Shown here one piece after another: positions 20,842 through 31,964 of a DNA stretch of 64,000 bases. Location of the stretch: contig CDRNVI010000003.1 of assembly GCA_977017575.1 (NCBI GenBank), positions 620,001 through 684,000 on the forward strand, given 5' to 3'. Positions within the stretch are counted from its first letter, which is position 1, and each line of letters starts with the position of its first letter. Made by a program: the position numbers and the translations under genes. This stretch comes from Paramoeba atlantica. Taxonomy: Eukaryota > Protista > Discosea. Below the pieces are notes generated by a model, which did not search any database, was not told the DNA's origin, and saw only the letters and a program-made list of their open reading frames with translations.

Positions 20842-22611
20842 ATGGCATTACGTATTAAAAATGTTACGTATGTGAAAGCATATTACAAACTCTATAATAT
20901 AGTTTTCTTACCGTGTTTGTCAGATTTCTTGATTTTTTGTAACAGGCGCATGGAGCAGCGCTCGAAAAAGTGCAAGGACTCTTCTACTGGAATCGTAGAA
21001 GGGCCTATTCCCTTATCAGAGCTGTGGTCTGTCGCTCTTACGCTTAACAAAGGAGATATGGTACATTTCAAATGGCGGTTAAAGTCATCAAATGGTGGGA
21101 AAGCAGATCCTTGGCAAGAACAACAAGGTTACGTGAGATACGTAATTTTGGACGGGGGAGATGACCCGGCCGAGGACAACTACTGCTGGTTGAAGTATCA
21201 TCTTCCTGGAGAATATGAGAAACGAACAGTTGCGTTCCCACAAGACGGGCTATATGACAACGATGAAGTCGAATATACATCACTCGTGGTCGTTCCGGCA
21301 AAGAAGTCTTTTCGTATCCCAAAGAAGAATGAATCTGTTGAAGATTCGTCGTCTTGTTCGGAAGACATAGAAGACAGCGATTTGCTCCAAATTTCGGACT
21401 CGGAGAGCTCTGTGCCGTGCGGAAAGCCTAGTGAAACCATTGCCGACGCCCCCCGAGTTGCTATGGATCCTGAAGTTTGGCCGAACGAAATATTCACTCC
21501 GATGCATTTCTTCACGTTGCAGCAGTATTACCGTGACATTCTGGATGACTTTGGTTACAAGCACCCGAACCGCACAGTTTTGGAGATTCATGTACAGCGC
21601 ATTCGACCGTGAGGGCATTCGACTTTTGGTCGGATGATGGGGCGTAGCGACCCTAGCTTCCCTAGCTAACTCACCCGGCGTCAGTACAACAAGACGCTAA
21701 ATAACTAGGGTGAGCACGATGAAAACAATATGGACGACACTACCCGATGCCAGCAAAACAAGGCACTAAATAATTAGGGTAGATGCCATTCCGGCAATGC
21801 AGAATGGGTGGCACCGCCCGGTACCGAATATAACAAGGTACTAAGAAACTAGGGTGGGTGCCATTCGGGCTAATTTTTGGAATGTGTGTGTGTTTTTTTT
21901 ATCCACCCTCAAAAGATAGAGTGGTTTTTTTGGTCAAGGGGCGCCTTATTTGCATTACCTAAGGTGCAGGGGTATAGCGCACCCCACCTCCCTAGCTTAG
22001 GCGCACGACTGACAACCCTTGCTGCGATGATCTGCTCTCGCGCGGGTTGAGCGCCGAGAGGCACCTCAGCTCTAATCTGGGGAAACCATAGCCCTCGTTG
22101 GGCAAACGGTTTTATTAACAATAACAATAACAACAATGTACAGCGCATGCTCCACGTAATTGCAATGTTTCGCGGTCAACGAAGCCTCTCTTCTGATCCC
22201 AAATGGATTGCTAGCGTTCGTGACACGATAGGTTCCATTGATGTGATCCGGAAGGAAAAGCAAGGCTATACAAAAGCGGTAATTAGCGAGCTACAGCGAT
22301 GTTACAAATCTAAGGCAGAACCAGCGTGGATGCGCGCCGTGCATCAGAGTGCTTTACAGAACGTGAAGGCAACGACCGTACAGTATGACCCGCAAGTGAC
22401 ATATTACGCAAAGCGCCAAAACGCGGCCCCAAAACCGGGAGGCACAACAACCCAGTCCGGTTCATTGGAATCAAAAAGCGCAGCCAAACGCAAGAAGAAG
22501 AAGGAAGCACTTTCTAGCAGAGTAGATAGTGTCATCTCTAAGTTGGGACCTGCATTTGACAAGTTATCGGTTGAAGAAAAGTCGGTGTTCCGTCGTGGGG
22601 GTTTTCAGTAG
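20842..22611 (+). pseudogene. gag-like gene of YR element T5, split by a 533-bp insertion
   Basis: Halves rejoin in frame as EIHVQRMLHVIAMF across a 13-bp duplication. Position upstream of a YR remnant matches the other gag genes. Confidence 0.65.
21603..22135 (+). mobile_element. Non-coding SINE-like insertion, family S2, 533 bp, with three tandem hairpin modules
   Basis: 13-bp TSD ATGTACAGCGCAT (21590-21602, 22136-22148), (ACAATA)n tail, no TIRs. Homologous to 63560-63750 on the minus strand. Confidence 0.85.
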
Positions 22612-22759
22612 GGCGTGGGGGCCCAGAAAAACCCCTAAAGCAACACCGTTACAGACAAGGCCTTGTCTCTTCGGGCCCAGATACAAGGCTCTTCGGCACG
22701 GGTCCAGTCGAAGGCTCAAGAGACGGAGGCAGTGAGGTCGGCTTTGTCCAACCCCGAAA

Positions 22760-23215
22760 GTGTGTTTTCGCTCGAAAAGGAGGCTTCTCACGTTCGAGAT
22801 GTTTCGGAAAATCATCAACGCACGCGTCAGAGAGTGGAAGAAATGTATCATCTGTCTGGGGAAAACAGCCTAGCGGGAAATAGCCTGCCTGGATAGATGG
22901 CGCCAGATTTATGCTCCAACAACTGCACTCCTGTATGGGAAAGTACTCAATGCCTTGTATCCTCAAAAATGCCCGAAACAGTTTCGCTTACTTTTAAGCC
23001 ATATCCGCCAGCAGAGCGGGGTTTTGAAGGTTCACCGCGCAACCGCTGTTACCCCGATTCAGATAGCTCAGATCCTAAGACGCGAAGATCAAGAGACGGC
23101 AGCAACGGTGTTGCTCATGTTTATCAGCGCGTCTCGTCACATGGACCTCATGCGAATTTGGAAATCCGAGTGGAACCCTCCGAACCTTTCCATGCAATGG
23201 AACGTTGTTGGCTTT
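22760..23215 (+). pseudogene. Tyrosine recombinase remnant of T5
   Basis: ALLYGKVLNAL..AVTPIQIAQIL..VLLMFISASRH matches the YR N-half; contains a stop and is truncated. Confidence 0.55.
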
Positions 23216-23288
23216 TTTATTTTTCTACTTGGTTAAAATTCCTATGATTCCTTGGGGCGGTCGCCCCGGCTCCGAAGACTTCACCAAC

Positions 23289-23962
23289 GCCGTGCCCTGC
23301 GTAGCCACGACTCTGCGAGGATCTGTGAGGAACAAGTCGGAAGAGCATGACGCCGGCTACACGATGGTAGTGGATCCCGATCTCGAGCGCCATAAATGCT
23401 TTTCAGTTCGGTTGGGGAATGCTGCTTTCCTGTGCTTTGTTGTGTTTAAAACGACGGAAGCCGTGCCCTGCGTAGCCACGACTCTGCGAGGATATGTAAG
23501 GAACAAGTCGGAAGAGCATGACGCCGGCTACACGATGGTAGTGGATCCCGATCTCGAGCGCCATAAACCCTTTTCAGCTCGGTTGGGGAATGCTGCTTTC
23601 CTGTGCTTTGTTGTGTTTGAAACGACGGAAGCCGCGCCCTGCGTAGCCACGACTCTGCGAGGATATGTGAGGAACAAGTCGGAAGAGCATGACGCCGGCT
23701 ACACGATGGTAGTGGATCCCGATCTCGAGCGCCATAAATGCTTTTCAGCTCGGTTGGGGAATGCTGCTTTCCTGTGCTTTGTTGTGTTTAAAACGACGGA
23801 AGCCGTGCCCTGCGTAGCCACGACTCTGCGAGGATATGTAAGGAACAAGTCGGAAGAGCATGACGCCGGCTACACGATGGTAGTGGATCCCGATCTCGAG
23901 CGCCATAAATCTTTTTCAGCTCGGTTGGGGAATGCTGCTTTCCTGTGCTTTGTTGTGTTTGA
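23289..23962. repeat. 171-bp tandem repeat, ~4 highly similar units
   Basis: CGTGCCCTGCGTAGCCACG starts at 23291 and 23462 (period 171); one frame is stop-free, giving a 57-aa repeat. Confidence 0.95.
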
Positions 23963-23963
23963 A

Positions 23964-24018
23964 ATTAAGCTTGTGAATTTTATTAAGCTTGTGAATTTTA
24001 TTAAGCTTGTGAATTTTT
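23964..24018. repeat. 18-bp tandem repeat (TTAAGCTTGTGAATTTTA) x3; same unit at 53506-53567
   Basis: Direct inspection. Confidence 0.9.
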
Positions 24019-24724
24019 TTTTGTGTAATATCTTCGGTTTCTTTATCCGTTGCACTCTCGGAGATTTAACCCCCGTGAAGATCTCATTCGTCTTCAAATG
24101 ATCGAGAATTCACGTTTAGACGGGCGAGACGTGATCTCCTTTACCCCCCATTATCTTCCCTCTACCTTATATCCCATACCGTAAACTTATAATAGCTATA
24201 TTAATTATACTTTTTTTTAAAGTTTCCAAGGTTTTTGTTTTTAAAGTCAAATTCTAGAGGCCCATGTTTTGTGAATCGTCATTAGATAAATAATTTCTCA
24301 GCTGAGAGAATACAATCGACTTTTTTGTATTAAGACCACTTTTTGTATTAAGACCACATTTTTTGAATGAATATCTACCCGTAATCAAAACCTCTTTTTT
24401 TTTACACCATTTTTATAAGAACACCATTTTTATAAGAACACCCTGCATAATTAATCATAAATAATTCGATCAGCATGCATACTTCTTATTCTACATATAA
24501 ATGCTTCAATTACTTTCACAAGATCTCATTATCGTATGATGATGATGTATATTTATAAGAAGATTTTTTTTTGGGGGGGTGTGCACCCCCCCTAGGCCCA
24601 CCGGAAGCCTACCCTCTTTTCATATGGATTTTCATCATTTAAAAATCCATTTCTAAAGAAAATACCTTTCTTTCTTAAGGAAAAAGGAGTTTTGTCCTTT
24701 TAATAGCCCTCAGAGTTTAGTGTC

Positions 24725-25490
24725 CTGTTTGTTTGTTTGTTTTTCAGGTAAAAACCCCGTAGACGGGGTGTTGCCTCCTCGGAGAGAGCCGAAGGTAGCT
24801 CCGACCCGCACGACCCATGCGCAGACCTAAAAGGAGCGCAGCACAGAGCCAATGCAAGCCGATCCAGCTAACGCGCAGACTGAAAGTCCGCTGCGGGAAG
24901 CTGGATTAGCTAGGAGGGTGGGGTTCGCCACACCCCGACACTGCCAAAAGCAGTGCTCCTTGACCCCTTGCCTTCTTGCTGGCATAGTTTGGGAGTGTCG
25001 ACTCTCAGCTTCAACGGTTTTAGCACCTCAGCTTCAACGGACCAAGTCTTCTAGGGTGTTATCCCCTCGAGCGGACTTGGCTCCTCAGCTTCAACAGGCC
25101 AAACCTCAGCTTCAACAAGCTCGTATCTCTCCAAATTGTTACCCTAGCCCCGTTATCATGGGCTAGTTGCAAGTCGCAGAAAGAAAGAAAAAAGAAAAGA
25201 AAAAGCGTGAATGACGCCTACCCTAGTTTTTTAGTACCTTGTTATATTCGGTACCGGGCGGCGCCATTCTTCGAGATGCAGCGTGAGGGGGTGGCAGAGG
25301 GGATGAAGGGAAAGAGTGGGAAGGGAAAGAGTGGCGCAGGTGGGAGCAGGGAGGGAGGGGGAATGGGCGGCGAAGGGGACGACGCAGTGGGTGGGGGGCG
25401 AAAAGCGGCGCGGCAGAGCGACGCAGGGGGCAACAGAGGGCGACCAAGTGGGTGGCGAGGGGTGGGCGAAGGCAACGAAGAAAAAAAAAA
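24725..25490 (-). mobile_element. Second S1 SINE-like copy, 5'-truncated at the internal T-run
   Basis: Near-identical reverse complement of 15735-16460, with the same 3' end (..TTTTTACCTG) but an (AAAC)n tail. Confidence 0.85.
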
Positions 25491-25491
25491 A

Positions 25492-25528
25492 ACTTTAACG
25501 ATAAAGATACAGTTTCTGTACTTTGTTG
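25492..25528 (+). other. Full SL exon relic (T variant, ..GTACTTTGTTG) directly upstream of the intact CRE element
   Basis: 37-nt match, followed by AATTTTTC with no GT donor. Confidence 0.85.
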
Positions 25529-28500
25529 AATTTTTCTTTCTCTTTATTGCTTACTAGGGTCGCACCATGCCGCCCGATGATTCCTTTGATGCCAACGCGT
25601 TACCAATGGATGATGACTCTTTTCGCCAGGAACAAATGTCACACAAACCCGGAGATTGGGACCAATTCGCAGGAAACGCTCACCTGATTTTCGGCCAAAG
25701 CACCTGCAATGAACTTTTGTATACGACACCTATCCCCGAAAACGTACCTAAACACTGGACCGAAAGAGCCTACAAGATCGCGGCAGAGGAACCTACACCG
25801 GACACAGGCAGAATGACCGCGGACGAAGAGACAAATCACTCCCTTGTCGTGGCAAACAACGTGGGAATTACTTCGGAGGCCTCATCCGCCCACATTTTCT
25901 CTCCAACTAAGGCTACAAAGCGCAAGAATACTGATTCTGCCCCTACCACATACCACAACGCCAATACGCAGCAGAAGGATGTAGAACGTCAATGCCCAGC
26001 AGAAGGATGTACGTGGAAAACCCCACCACATAGCGGAAAATGGCAGGCATTTTATCACCATGTGGCTCATCGACACGGCAAAAACATTCCAAACGAGTGG
26101 TGGGAGGGAGAGGGAAGATTCCTCTGCAGAGATTGTAGCAGACACTACGCCAAGAACAAGCTCAAGTCTCACCCCAAAAACTGCAGGGGCCGCAACAATT
26201 CCGGACGGTCATTAGCCCCACCTCTTCCAACGGCACGTCCCCAAAACGCAGAAGAAAATCCAACAGACAATTTGCCATCACTCGGCTCCATCTGCGCACT
26301 TCCCATGAGCACCTGCAAAGACGTTCCACACTGTTGCAGATTCCTCTGGGCGAGCATCCTCACGCAATCCTTGACATCCGCAGTGAAGGAAAACACGGTA
26401 GAGGCATGGACACTTCTCGCAATGCTCCCTAAGTGTGTCCTACCAGCACCTTTCCGAGGCGGTCGCAAAGGCCACACATCATACTCTACGTACGTCGAAA
26501 ACCGCATGAAACTGTGGCTAGCGGGGGAGTACCTCTTGCTATGGGAAGATGCCGAGAGGGATCATTATAAAAAGCGCTCCAGATCACGCGACTCCGAAAT
26601 CGATGCAGACAGAGCGGCAATTCGAGCCGAACTCTTGGCCCGCCAGGGGGAATTTTCCAGGGGAATGGAAGCCCTAACCGCAGCCCCCCTGGCGCCAGAC
26701 AACGCAGATACCCTCGAAAAGCTCTTGGAGAAGCATCCAGTCCCACACGAAAATCCCTTGCAGAATGATCTACCACCGATCGAGGGCAACCCCCTACACC
26801 TAGAGGAAACAGAGGTCAAAAAAGCGATCGTCAGCTTCCGCAGGGGATCTTCCGCCTGCACGATGGGCCTTCGTCCAGAGCACCTCCAGGCAGCCATCTT
26901 GGAACATGTGGACAAGGATGTGAATCCTCTCTCGGCCCTCACGCGACTAGTGAACCACATGCTTCAAGGAAAAGCGCCACAAGACGTCCAATCATTCTAC
27001 GCTGGAGCCCGGCTCTGCGCCCTGGAAAAAGGCGAGGACGATGTTAGACCAATCGCAGCGGGTGAAACCCTTAGACGCCTCGTAAGCAAGGCGGCATGTA
27101 TCTCGATAAAGGAGAAAGCGGGTACTCTGTTCAACGGGCGACAATATGGTGTAGCAGCCCCCTCGGGAGCCGAACGAGTTATCCACCTCTGCCGGAGAGC
27201 CATGCTCAATAACCTGGGGAGTGACAATTTTGTCTTCTGCAAAGTGGACTTAAGAAACGCTTTCAATAACGTCAGCAGGCCTGTTCTCACCCTAACCACG
27301 CGCTTAAATTTCCCCGAACTCTCACCTTGGGTAGAGTGGTGTTACTCCAACGTGAGCTGTCTTACCTACAGAGACAATGTCATACCCTCGGCGGAGGGGG
27401 TACAACAAGGAGACCCACTAGGCCCTCTTCTCTTCTCTCTAGTACTATCCAGTGTAACAGAAGAAATATCGTCTCGGTCGAATCTAGACACTCAACTTTG
27501 GTACCTAGATGACGGGGTACTCATAGGGGAGGCTGAGGAGGTCAGGAAGGCGCTCGATGTTTTTTCCGATGTTGGCTCCCGATGCGGACTTTTCCTAAAC
27601 CCATCGAAATGTGAGATAATAACACCGCCTGCTTCATCCCATCTCACAGGATTATTTCCAGAGATACCGAAGGCTAAAACTCGTACTGATGGAAATTTCG
27701 ACATCTTGGGCTCCCCGATTGGGTCAGCGGAGCATTGCGTGGAGTTTCTCAGGTCAGAAGCCATTGAGCCCGCACGCGAAACACTAGACGCAATAGGTCT
27801 CATAGGAGACCCACAAGTAGCCATGTCCCTCATCCGGCAGTGCACTGGATTCTGTCAAATGGTCTACGCACTTCGCACGACACCCCCTCATGCGCTTTCT
27901 GAGCTTTGTAATTCCCTTGATGAAAATGTTCTAAAAGCCGCGGAATGGGCACTTTTCCCTCTGGATTCCCACGCGCGTGACCAAATCCAACGTAAGAAGC
28001 GCAACGGGGGTTTTGGTCTCAGGTCTTCGCTCCTCCACGCAACAGCAGCATATGTCTCCTCCGTTGCGCACGCCGCCGATGCAGACGATTGGGACCCTTC
28101 AGAAGCCGAGGGATTCACCACTTCCGTGCAAGACGTGAATAGAAAGGCGGGGGTAGAACTTGTGGATCCCGGTACAGGACGCATCCCGAAACAGAATAAA
28201 CCACATCCAGAGTCCAGCCAAAGACACAACCTCACCTCGAGAAGCAAACGCCCACGACACATACTCAACAACATGGACGCGGATAAGACGGCCGAGCCGG
28301 AAATGGTTATCCCCCGGCAGCAGCAACTGAGCCAAGCCATATCGCAGCAGGAATTCACTACAGCCTACGGCCAGGCCGACCCCCGCACCCGAGCACGATG
28401 GGTTTCTCAGTCAGGAAAGGGAGCTGGGAGCTGGGCCTTCGTCACGCCCTCAAGGAGTAAAGGTTTTGCCTTCACACCAACCGAGTTCCGCACGTTATCG

Positions 28501-29608
28501 CGCTGGTGGTTTGGCATGGACATTTATGGCCAAGACCGCCCCTGCCCAGCAAACGGGTGTTCCCTACCCCTACAGAAAAATGGGGAGCATGCATTATTGT
28601 GCAAGAACGGACATGGCCTCATCACGCGGCACAATGCGCTTTGTGTAGAATTCGCCTCCTTTTGCAGCAAGGCCAACATAGCTCCCCAGCGAGAAAAAAG
28701 TCTGGGAAATCGGGGGCCAGGAGGGGGTCTCACCAGACCGGCTGACGTTTTCCTCCCCACGTACACTCTAGGGAAAGGCATGGTACTAGACTTCGCAGTC
28801 ACTCACGCACAGCAAACAAAGTATTTGGACTCTGTCCGGAATGCTAGCTGGGTGGCTGCAGGGTCTTTCGCCGAGCATTACTCAGAAACGAAGGAAAAAC
28901 AACGTCAAGAAGCAGAAGAAGCACAACTAGGGTTCACGGCCATGGTTGTCGAGTCTTTTGGCTCGTGGAGTAAAAGCGCAATGGCGGTCTTATGGAAGGT
29001 GGGAGCACTACGCGCCAACTCGTCAAAAGGTCTTCTCACGGATGCTCAAGCCCGAAATGACCTTCTGAAAGAGCTTAACGTCACACTCATGCGCTCTCAG
29101 GCCCGCATGATGGTCTCCCGGATAGTCGTCAGTGACCCCCAAGCTCCCCTGGAAGAGGAGTAGGGCCCACAGGCATGGTCCTCTAGGGTAACAAGACGAT
29201 TAGGGTGCTGGTCGCGTCGATAGAGTCTATACTCACGCCTAGCCCGCGAGGGCTAGGTACCCCAAGTGAGGTAGTACACGGGCAGTGAATCTCCTCCCCG
29301 TCGGCCAGCATCCTGTTTCGCGACCGTGTCGCTGTCGACACAGGCCCGCGCCTGCGCCCTCCTGTATAACAAGGGAAGGGTTCACAAGTCAGGCCGTGGA
29401 GAGGTCGAAAGACCCGGTCCGGAACGCGCGAATGGATTGGGCATAGATTGCTTGATTTTATTGTTATTATTTTTATTGTTCTTATACTTACGGGAGATCG
29501 AATTGCTAGTTTTGGGCTCCAAAATATGAAATTGCTAATTTGATTGCTTGTTTTAAAATCATATACCCCCCCCAATGGACCTACTTGGTTCGTCTAAAAA
29601 AAAAAAAA
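25529..29608 (+). mobile_element. Intact CRE/SLACS-like non-LTR retrotransposon (subfamily A) with poly(A) tail
   Basis: Single long ORF, ~430-bp 3' UTR, A-run at 29596-29609, SL copies on both sides. Confidence 0.9.
25567..29163 (+). CDS. CRE-like ZnF-RT-REL protein, 1198 aa
   Basis: N-terminal zinc fingers (CPAEGC..HVAHRH; CRDC..HPKNC), RPIAAGE, DLRNAFN, GVQQGDPLGP, YLDD, GFGLR, CPANGC..H..C, RHN, RPAD..LDFAVT (restriction-like endonuclease). Confidence 0.92.
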   Translation: MPPDDSFDANALPMDDDSFRQEQMSHKPGDWDQFAGNAHLIFGQSTCNELLYTTPIPENVPKHWTERAYKIAAEEPTPDTGRMTADEETNHSLVVANNVGITSEASSAHIFSPTKATKRKNTDSAPTTYHNANTQQKDVERQCPAEGCTWKTPPHSGKWQAFYHHVAHRHGKNIPNEWWEGEGRFLCRDCSRHYAKNKLKSHPKNCRGRNNSGRSLAPPLPTARPQNAEENPTDNLPSLGSICALPMSTCKDVPHCCRFLWASILTQSLTSAVKENTVEAWTLLAMLPKCVLPAPFRGGRKGHTSYSTYVENRMKLWLAGEYLLLWEDAERDHYKKRSRSRDSEIDADRAAIRAELLARQGEFSRGMEALTAAPLAPDNADTLEKLLEKHPVPHENPLQNDLPPIEGNPLHLEETEVKKAIVSFRRGSSACTMGLRPEHLQAAILEHVDKDVNPLSALTRLVNHMLQGKAPQDVQSFYAGARLCALEKGEDDVRPIAAGETLRRLVSKAACISIKEKAGTLFNGRQYGVAAPSGAERVIHLCRRAMLNNLGSDNFVFCKVDLRNAFNNVSRPVLTLTTRLNFPELSPWVEWCYSNVSCLTYRDNVIPSAEGVQQGDPLGPLLFSLVLSSVTEEISSRSNLDTQLWYLDDGVLIGEAEEVRKALDVFSDVGSRCGLFLNPSKCEIITPPASSHLTGLFPEIPKAKTRTDGNFDILGSPIGSAEHCVEFLRSEAIEPARETLDAIGLIGDPQVAMSLIRQCTGFCQMVYALRTTPPHALSELCNSLDENVLKAAEWALFPLDSHARDQIQRKKRNGGFGLRSSLLHATAAYVSSVAHAADADDWDPSEAEGFTTSVQDVNRKAGVELVDPGTGRIPKQNKPHPESSQRHNLTSRSKRPRHILNNMDADKTAEPEMVIPRQQQLSQAISQQEFTTAYGQADPRTRARWVSQSGKGAGSWAFVTPSRSKGFAFTPTEFRTLSRWWFGMDIYGQDRPCPANGCSLPLQKNGEHALLCKNGHGLITRHNALCVEFASFCSKANIAPQREKSLGNRGPGGGLTRPADVFLPTYTLGKGMVLDFAVTHAQQTKYLDSVRNASWVAAGSFAEHYSETKEKQRQEAEEAQLGFTAMVVESFGSWSKSAMAVLWKVGALRANSSKGLLTDAQARNDLLKELNVTLMRSQARMMVSRIVVSDPQAPLEEE

Positions 29609-29657
29609 ACTTTAACGATAACTTTAACGATAAAGATACAGTTTCTGTACCTTGTTG
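29609..29657 (+). other. SL relic: 12-nt partial copy plus full 37-nt copy right after the CRE poly(A)
   Basis: ACTTTAACGATA ACTTTAACGATAAAGATACAGTTTCTGTACCTTGTTG AATT. Confidence 0.85.
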
Positions 29658-30190
29658 AATTATTTCTCCTTTTCTTTCCTACAACATCTTCTGGACCATG
29701 GGAGGGCACCCCCCTCAAATTCTCACTCTGTTGCCGGCATCCCCCCTCCCTCTCTCATCCCATCATCCCCTCGCGTCATATCTCCCCACCTCTTCCTCCC
29801 GCCTCTGCGCGCTCGTTGTTCTTCTGTCTTTCTCTCTTGCGTCCCCCACCCCCGTGCCAGCAGCCCAAAGTATTGTATCCTTGCTCACGGGGTGGGGGCA
29901 GAGTTCCAGACGGATGGGCTGCGGCGTCGTTTTCCCTCGTCTCCGCGTCCGTCCCGCCATGTCTCTCTTCCCGCTTTTTGCCCTTGGCGCGACGGCGTCT
30001 TTGCGCTTCGTTACCTCCACGTCTCCCACCCTCGTACAGCAACACAAAGTATCTGATACTGCTAACGGGGTGGGAGCGGAGGTCACCTCCACATCTTCCA
30101 CCCTCGTACAGCAACACAAAGTATCTTATACTGCTAACGGGGTGGGAGCGGAGGCTCTGGACCACATGGGCGCTCGCGCGGACGAGTCGG
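29658..30190 (+). repeat. SL-headed C-rich non-coding sequence X; first ~165 bp repeated at 44351-44510
   Basis: CTTTTCTTTCCTACAACATCTTCTGGACCATGGGAGGGCACCCC..CGTTGTTCTT at both loci, each behind an SL. Internal ~63-bp tandem repeat at ~30026-30150. Confidence 0.75.
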
Positions 30191-30369
30191 TATAGGGTAG
30201 GGGGTAAGGACGGGGATGGATGAGAGGGTTAAGGGAAAGTGTGGAAAGTGGGGAGTAAGTACGGTGAAGTGGGGAGAGTAAGTACGGTGAAGTGTGAAAA
30301 GTGTGCGAAAGTGTTCGAAAAGTAGATAAAAAAAAACTCCGGCGGAGAGCGCGGGAGGAGAGCGCCAGA

Positions 30370-30552
30370 GGGGAAGGGCGACGGAGAGCGTTGCGTGGAG
30401 CGCGGAGGGGGGCACGGGAGGGAGCAAAAAAAAAACAGCGAGGGAGAGCGCGGCGAGGAGAGCACCGGAGCGGGAGGGCGGCCGAGATCGTGGCGCGGAG
30501 GGGGGCGAAAAGGGGCCGCGAAGGAGCGCGGGAGTTGAGGCAGGGTGAGCGA
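30370..30552 (-). repeat. Partial third copy of the S1 C-rich segment
   Basis: Reverse complement of ~15519-15725. Confidence 0.8.
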
Positions 30553-31404
30553 ATTAGTGTCCTGTATCTGTGCCCATGTTGTTGTTGTTGGGTCCTGTAT
30601 CTGTGCCCATGTTGAATAATACGAGATAGACTTGACTTTGGAGACTAGAAGATTATTTGGCTTCAAAGGCTTATGCCACCTAGTCATTTTTCACCCTGTA
30701 TGTGGTTCCGCAATTGCGATACGATAGTGTAAGCCGCAAACTTTTCATTTTCCAATTGAAAAGCTTCACGTATAACTTTTGGGTCAGAATCCGCTCGTTT
30801 TGCAAGGGCTTTGATCAAGACCTTGGTATCTTCATGTAACATTCCACAATCCTATAAAGCTATGCAACGAAAATACTCTGGTTCTAATCCCTTCTCTACA
30901 ACGAATTGTGCATCATAAATATTATAAGAAAGAAAGAAAGCACTAAGCAAAACAATATCTTCATTCCCCTCTTCTATCTGATATTTGATACGTTCAATTC
31001 TATGCACATTCAAAATTCATATGAATACTGTATGACCGGTCATAACATAACAAAATTAAATAATCCCACAACACTTCTGTCCTCTCCAAGCTTGCGAACG
31101 GGTGACGCGGGGAGTGGTTAGGGGGTTTGGCGGGTGGGGAAACTTTAACTGTCGCGAGTTAACAAAGGAAATAAAGTCTTGAATTTATAATCACCATAGC
31201 AAACGTCATATTCGTCTGTATACACATGGGGTTACATCTGGGGGGTGTATATATCAAATCAGTTGAATTCTTACAACAGGTACAATGCCCCTCGGCCATC
31301 ACACAATAGATAAACTGGTATAACGTAAATAATTTATTCGCCCAATTCTCTCCGTAAACTATGAGAATTGTGCATCATAAATATTATAAGAAAGAAAGAA
31401 AGCA

Positions 31405-31964
31405 GGGTACGAGGACACTTCCGTGAGTACTCATCGAAACGCCCACGTGTCAAAACGAAAATCATCGAAACGAAAGAAACTCATCGAAGGTGATTTTAAT
31501 TACTTTTGAGGTGGTAGCTGCATTTTCGACTAAAAAACAAATACACAATCCTGCGGAAGTGGCAGACATAGGTCCTCAGTGCGCGACCCGCGCGCTGGAG
31601 CGCGCGGGTCGCCAAAAAACATAATTCTGTCCCAGGGCTACGCTCACAGTTGGGCCTTGCTCGCAAACGGGGGCTTTTGCCTCCAGAAGTGGGCTTCTCT
31701 CAAAGTTGGGCCTTGCCTCCAGACACGTAAACTAGGTGTCGTAGTATAAGAAAACAAATACACAAACCTGCGGAAGTGGCAGACACAGATTCTCAGTGTC
31801 GCCGCTTTCTTATTTTCATGTTCTCGATTTTTTTCTTTCCAAAGCAATTAAAATCACCTCCGATGAGAAGATTGACGTTTCGATGAGTCACCCTGTGACA
31901 CGTAGGCACTTCGATGAGAAATCATCGAAGTGTCTCAAAAACTCACGGAAGTGCCCGTGGAGCC
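31405..31964. mobile_element. 560-bp MITE with GG-starting imperfect TIRs and 8-bp TSD
   Basis: TSD AGAAAGCA (31397-31404, 31965-31972); inner TIR CACTTCCGTGAGT / ACTCACGGAAGTG; further inverted blocks inside. Empty site visible at ~30925-30950. Confidence 0.85.

Noticed and set aside
21609-21715. HDV-like or hammerhead ribozyme in the multi-hairpin block
   Set aside because: CTAG-loop-CTAG-CTAA resembles P4/J4-2, but I could not place P1.1 or a 7-nt L3 on either strand, and there is no CTGANGA/GAAA core.
21670-21866. CRISPR-like array (hairpin units with variable spacers; also the 171-bp array)
   Set aside because: Units differ in sequence while keeping structure, there are only 2-3 per cluster, no cas gene is present and the context is eukaryotic.
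23205-24101. 298-aa repeat protein
   Set aside because: It is a translation of the 171-bp array with an AT-rich tail; no evidence of coding selection.
25478-25491. Poly(A) tail before the SL at 25492
   Set aside because: It corresponds to the internal T-run of the minus-strand S1 copy (compare 15734-15742), so it is not a tail.
21700-29200. Telomeric repeats or TATE telomere targets (CTAGGGT, TTAGGGT)
   Set aside because: Only isolated heptamers occur, mostly inside the hairpin module; there is no tandem TTAGGG array.
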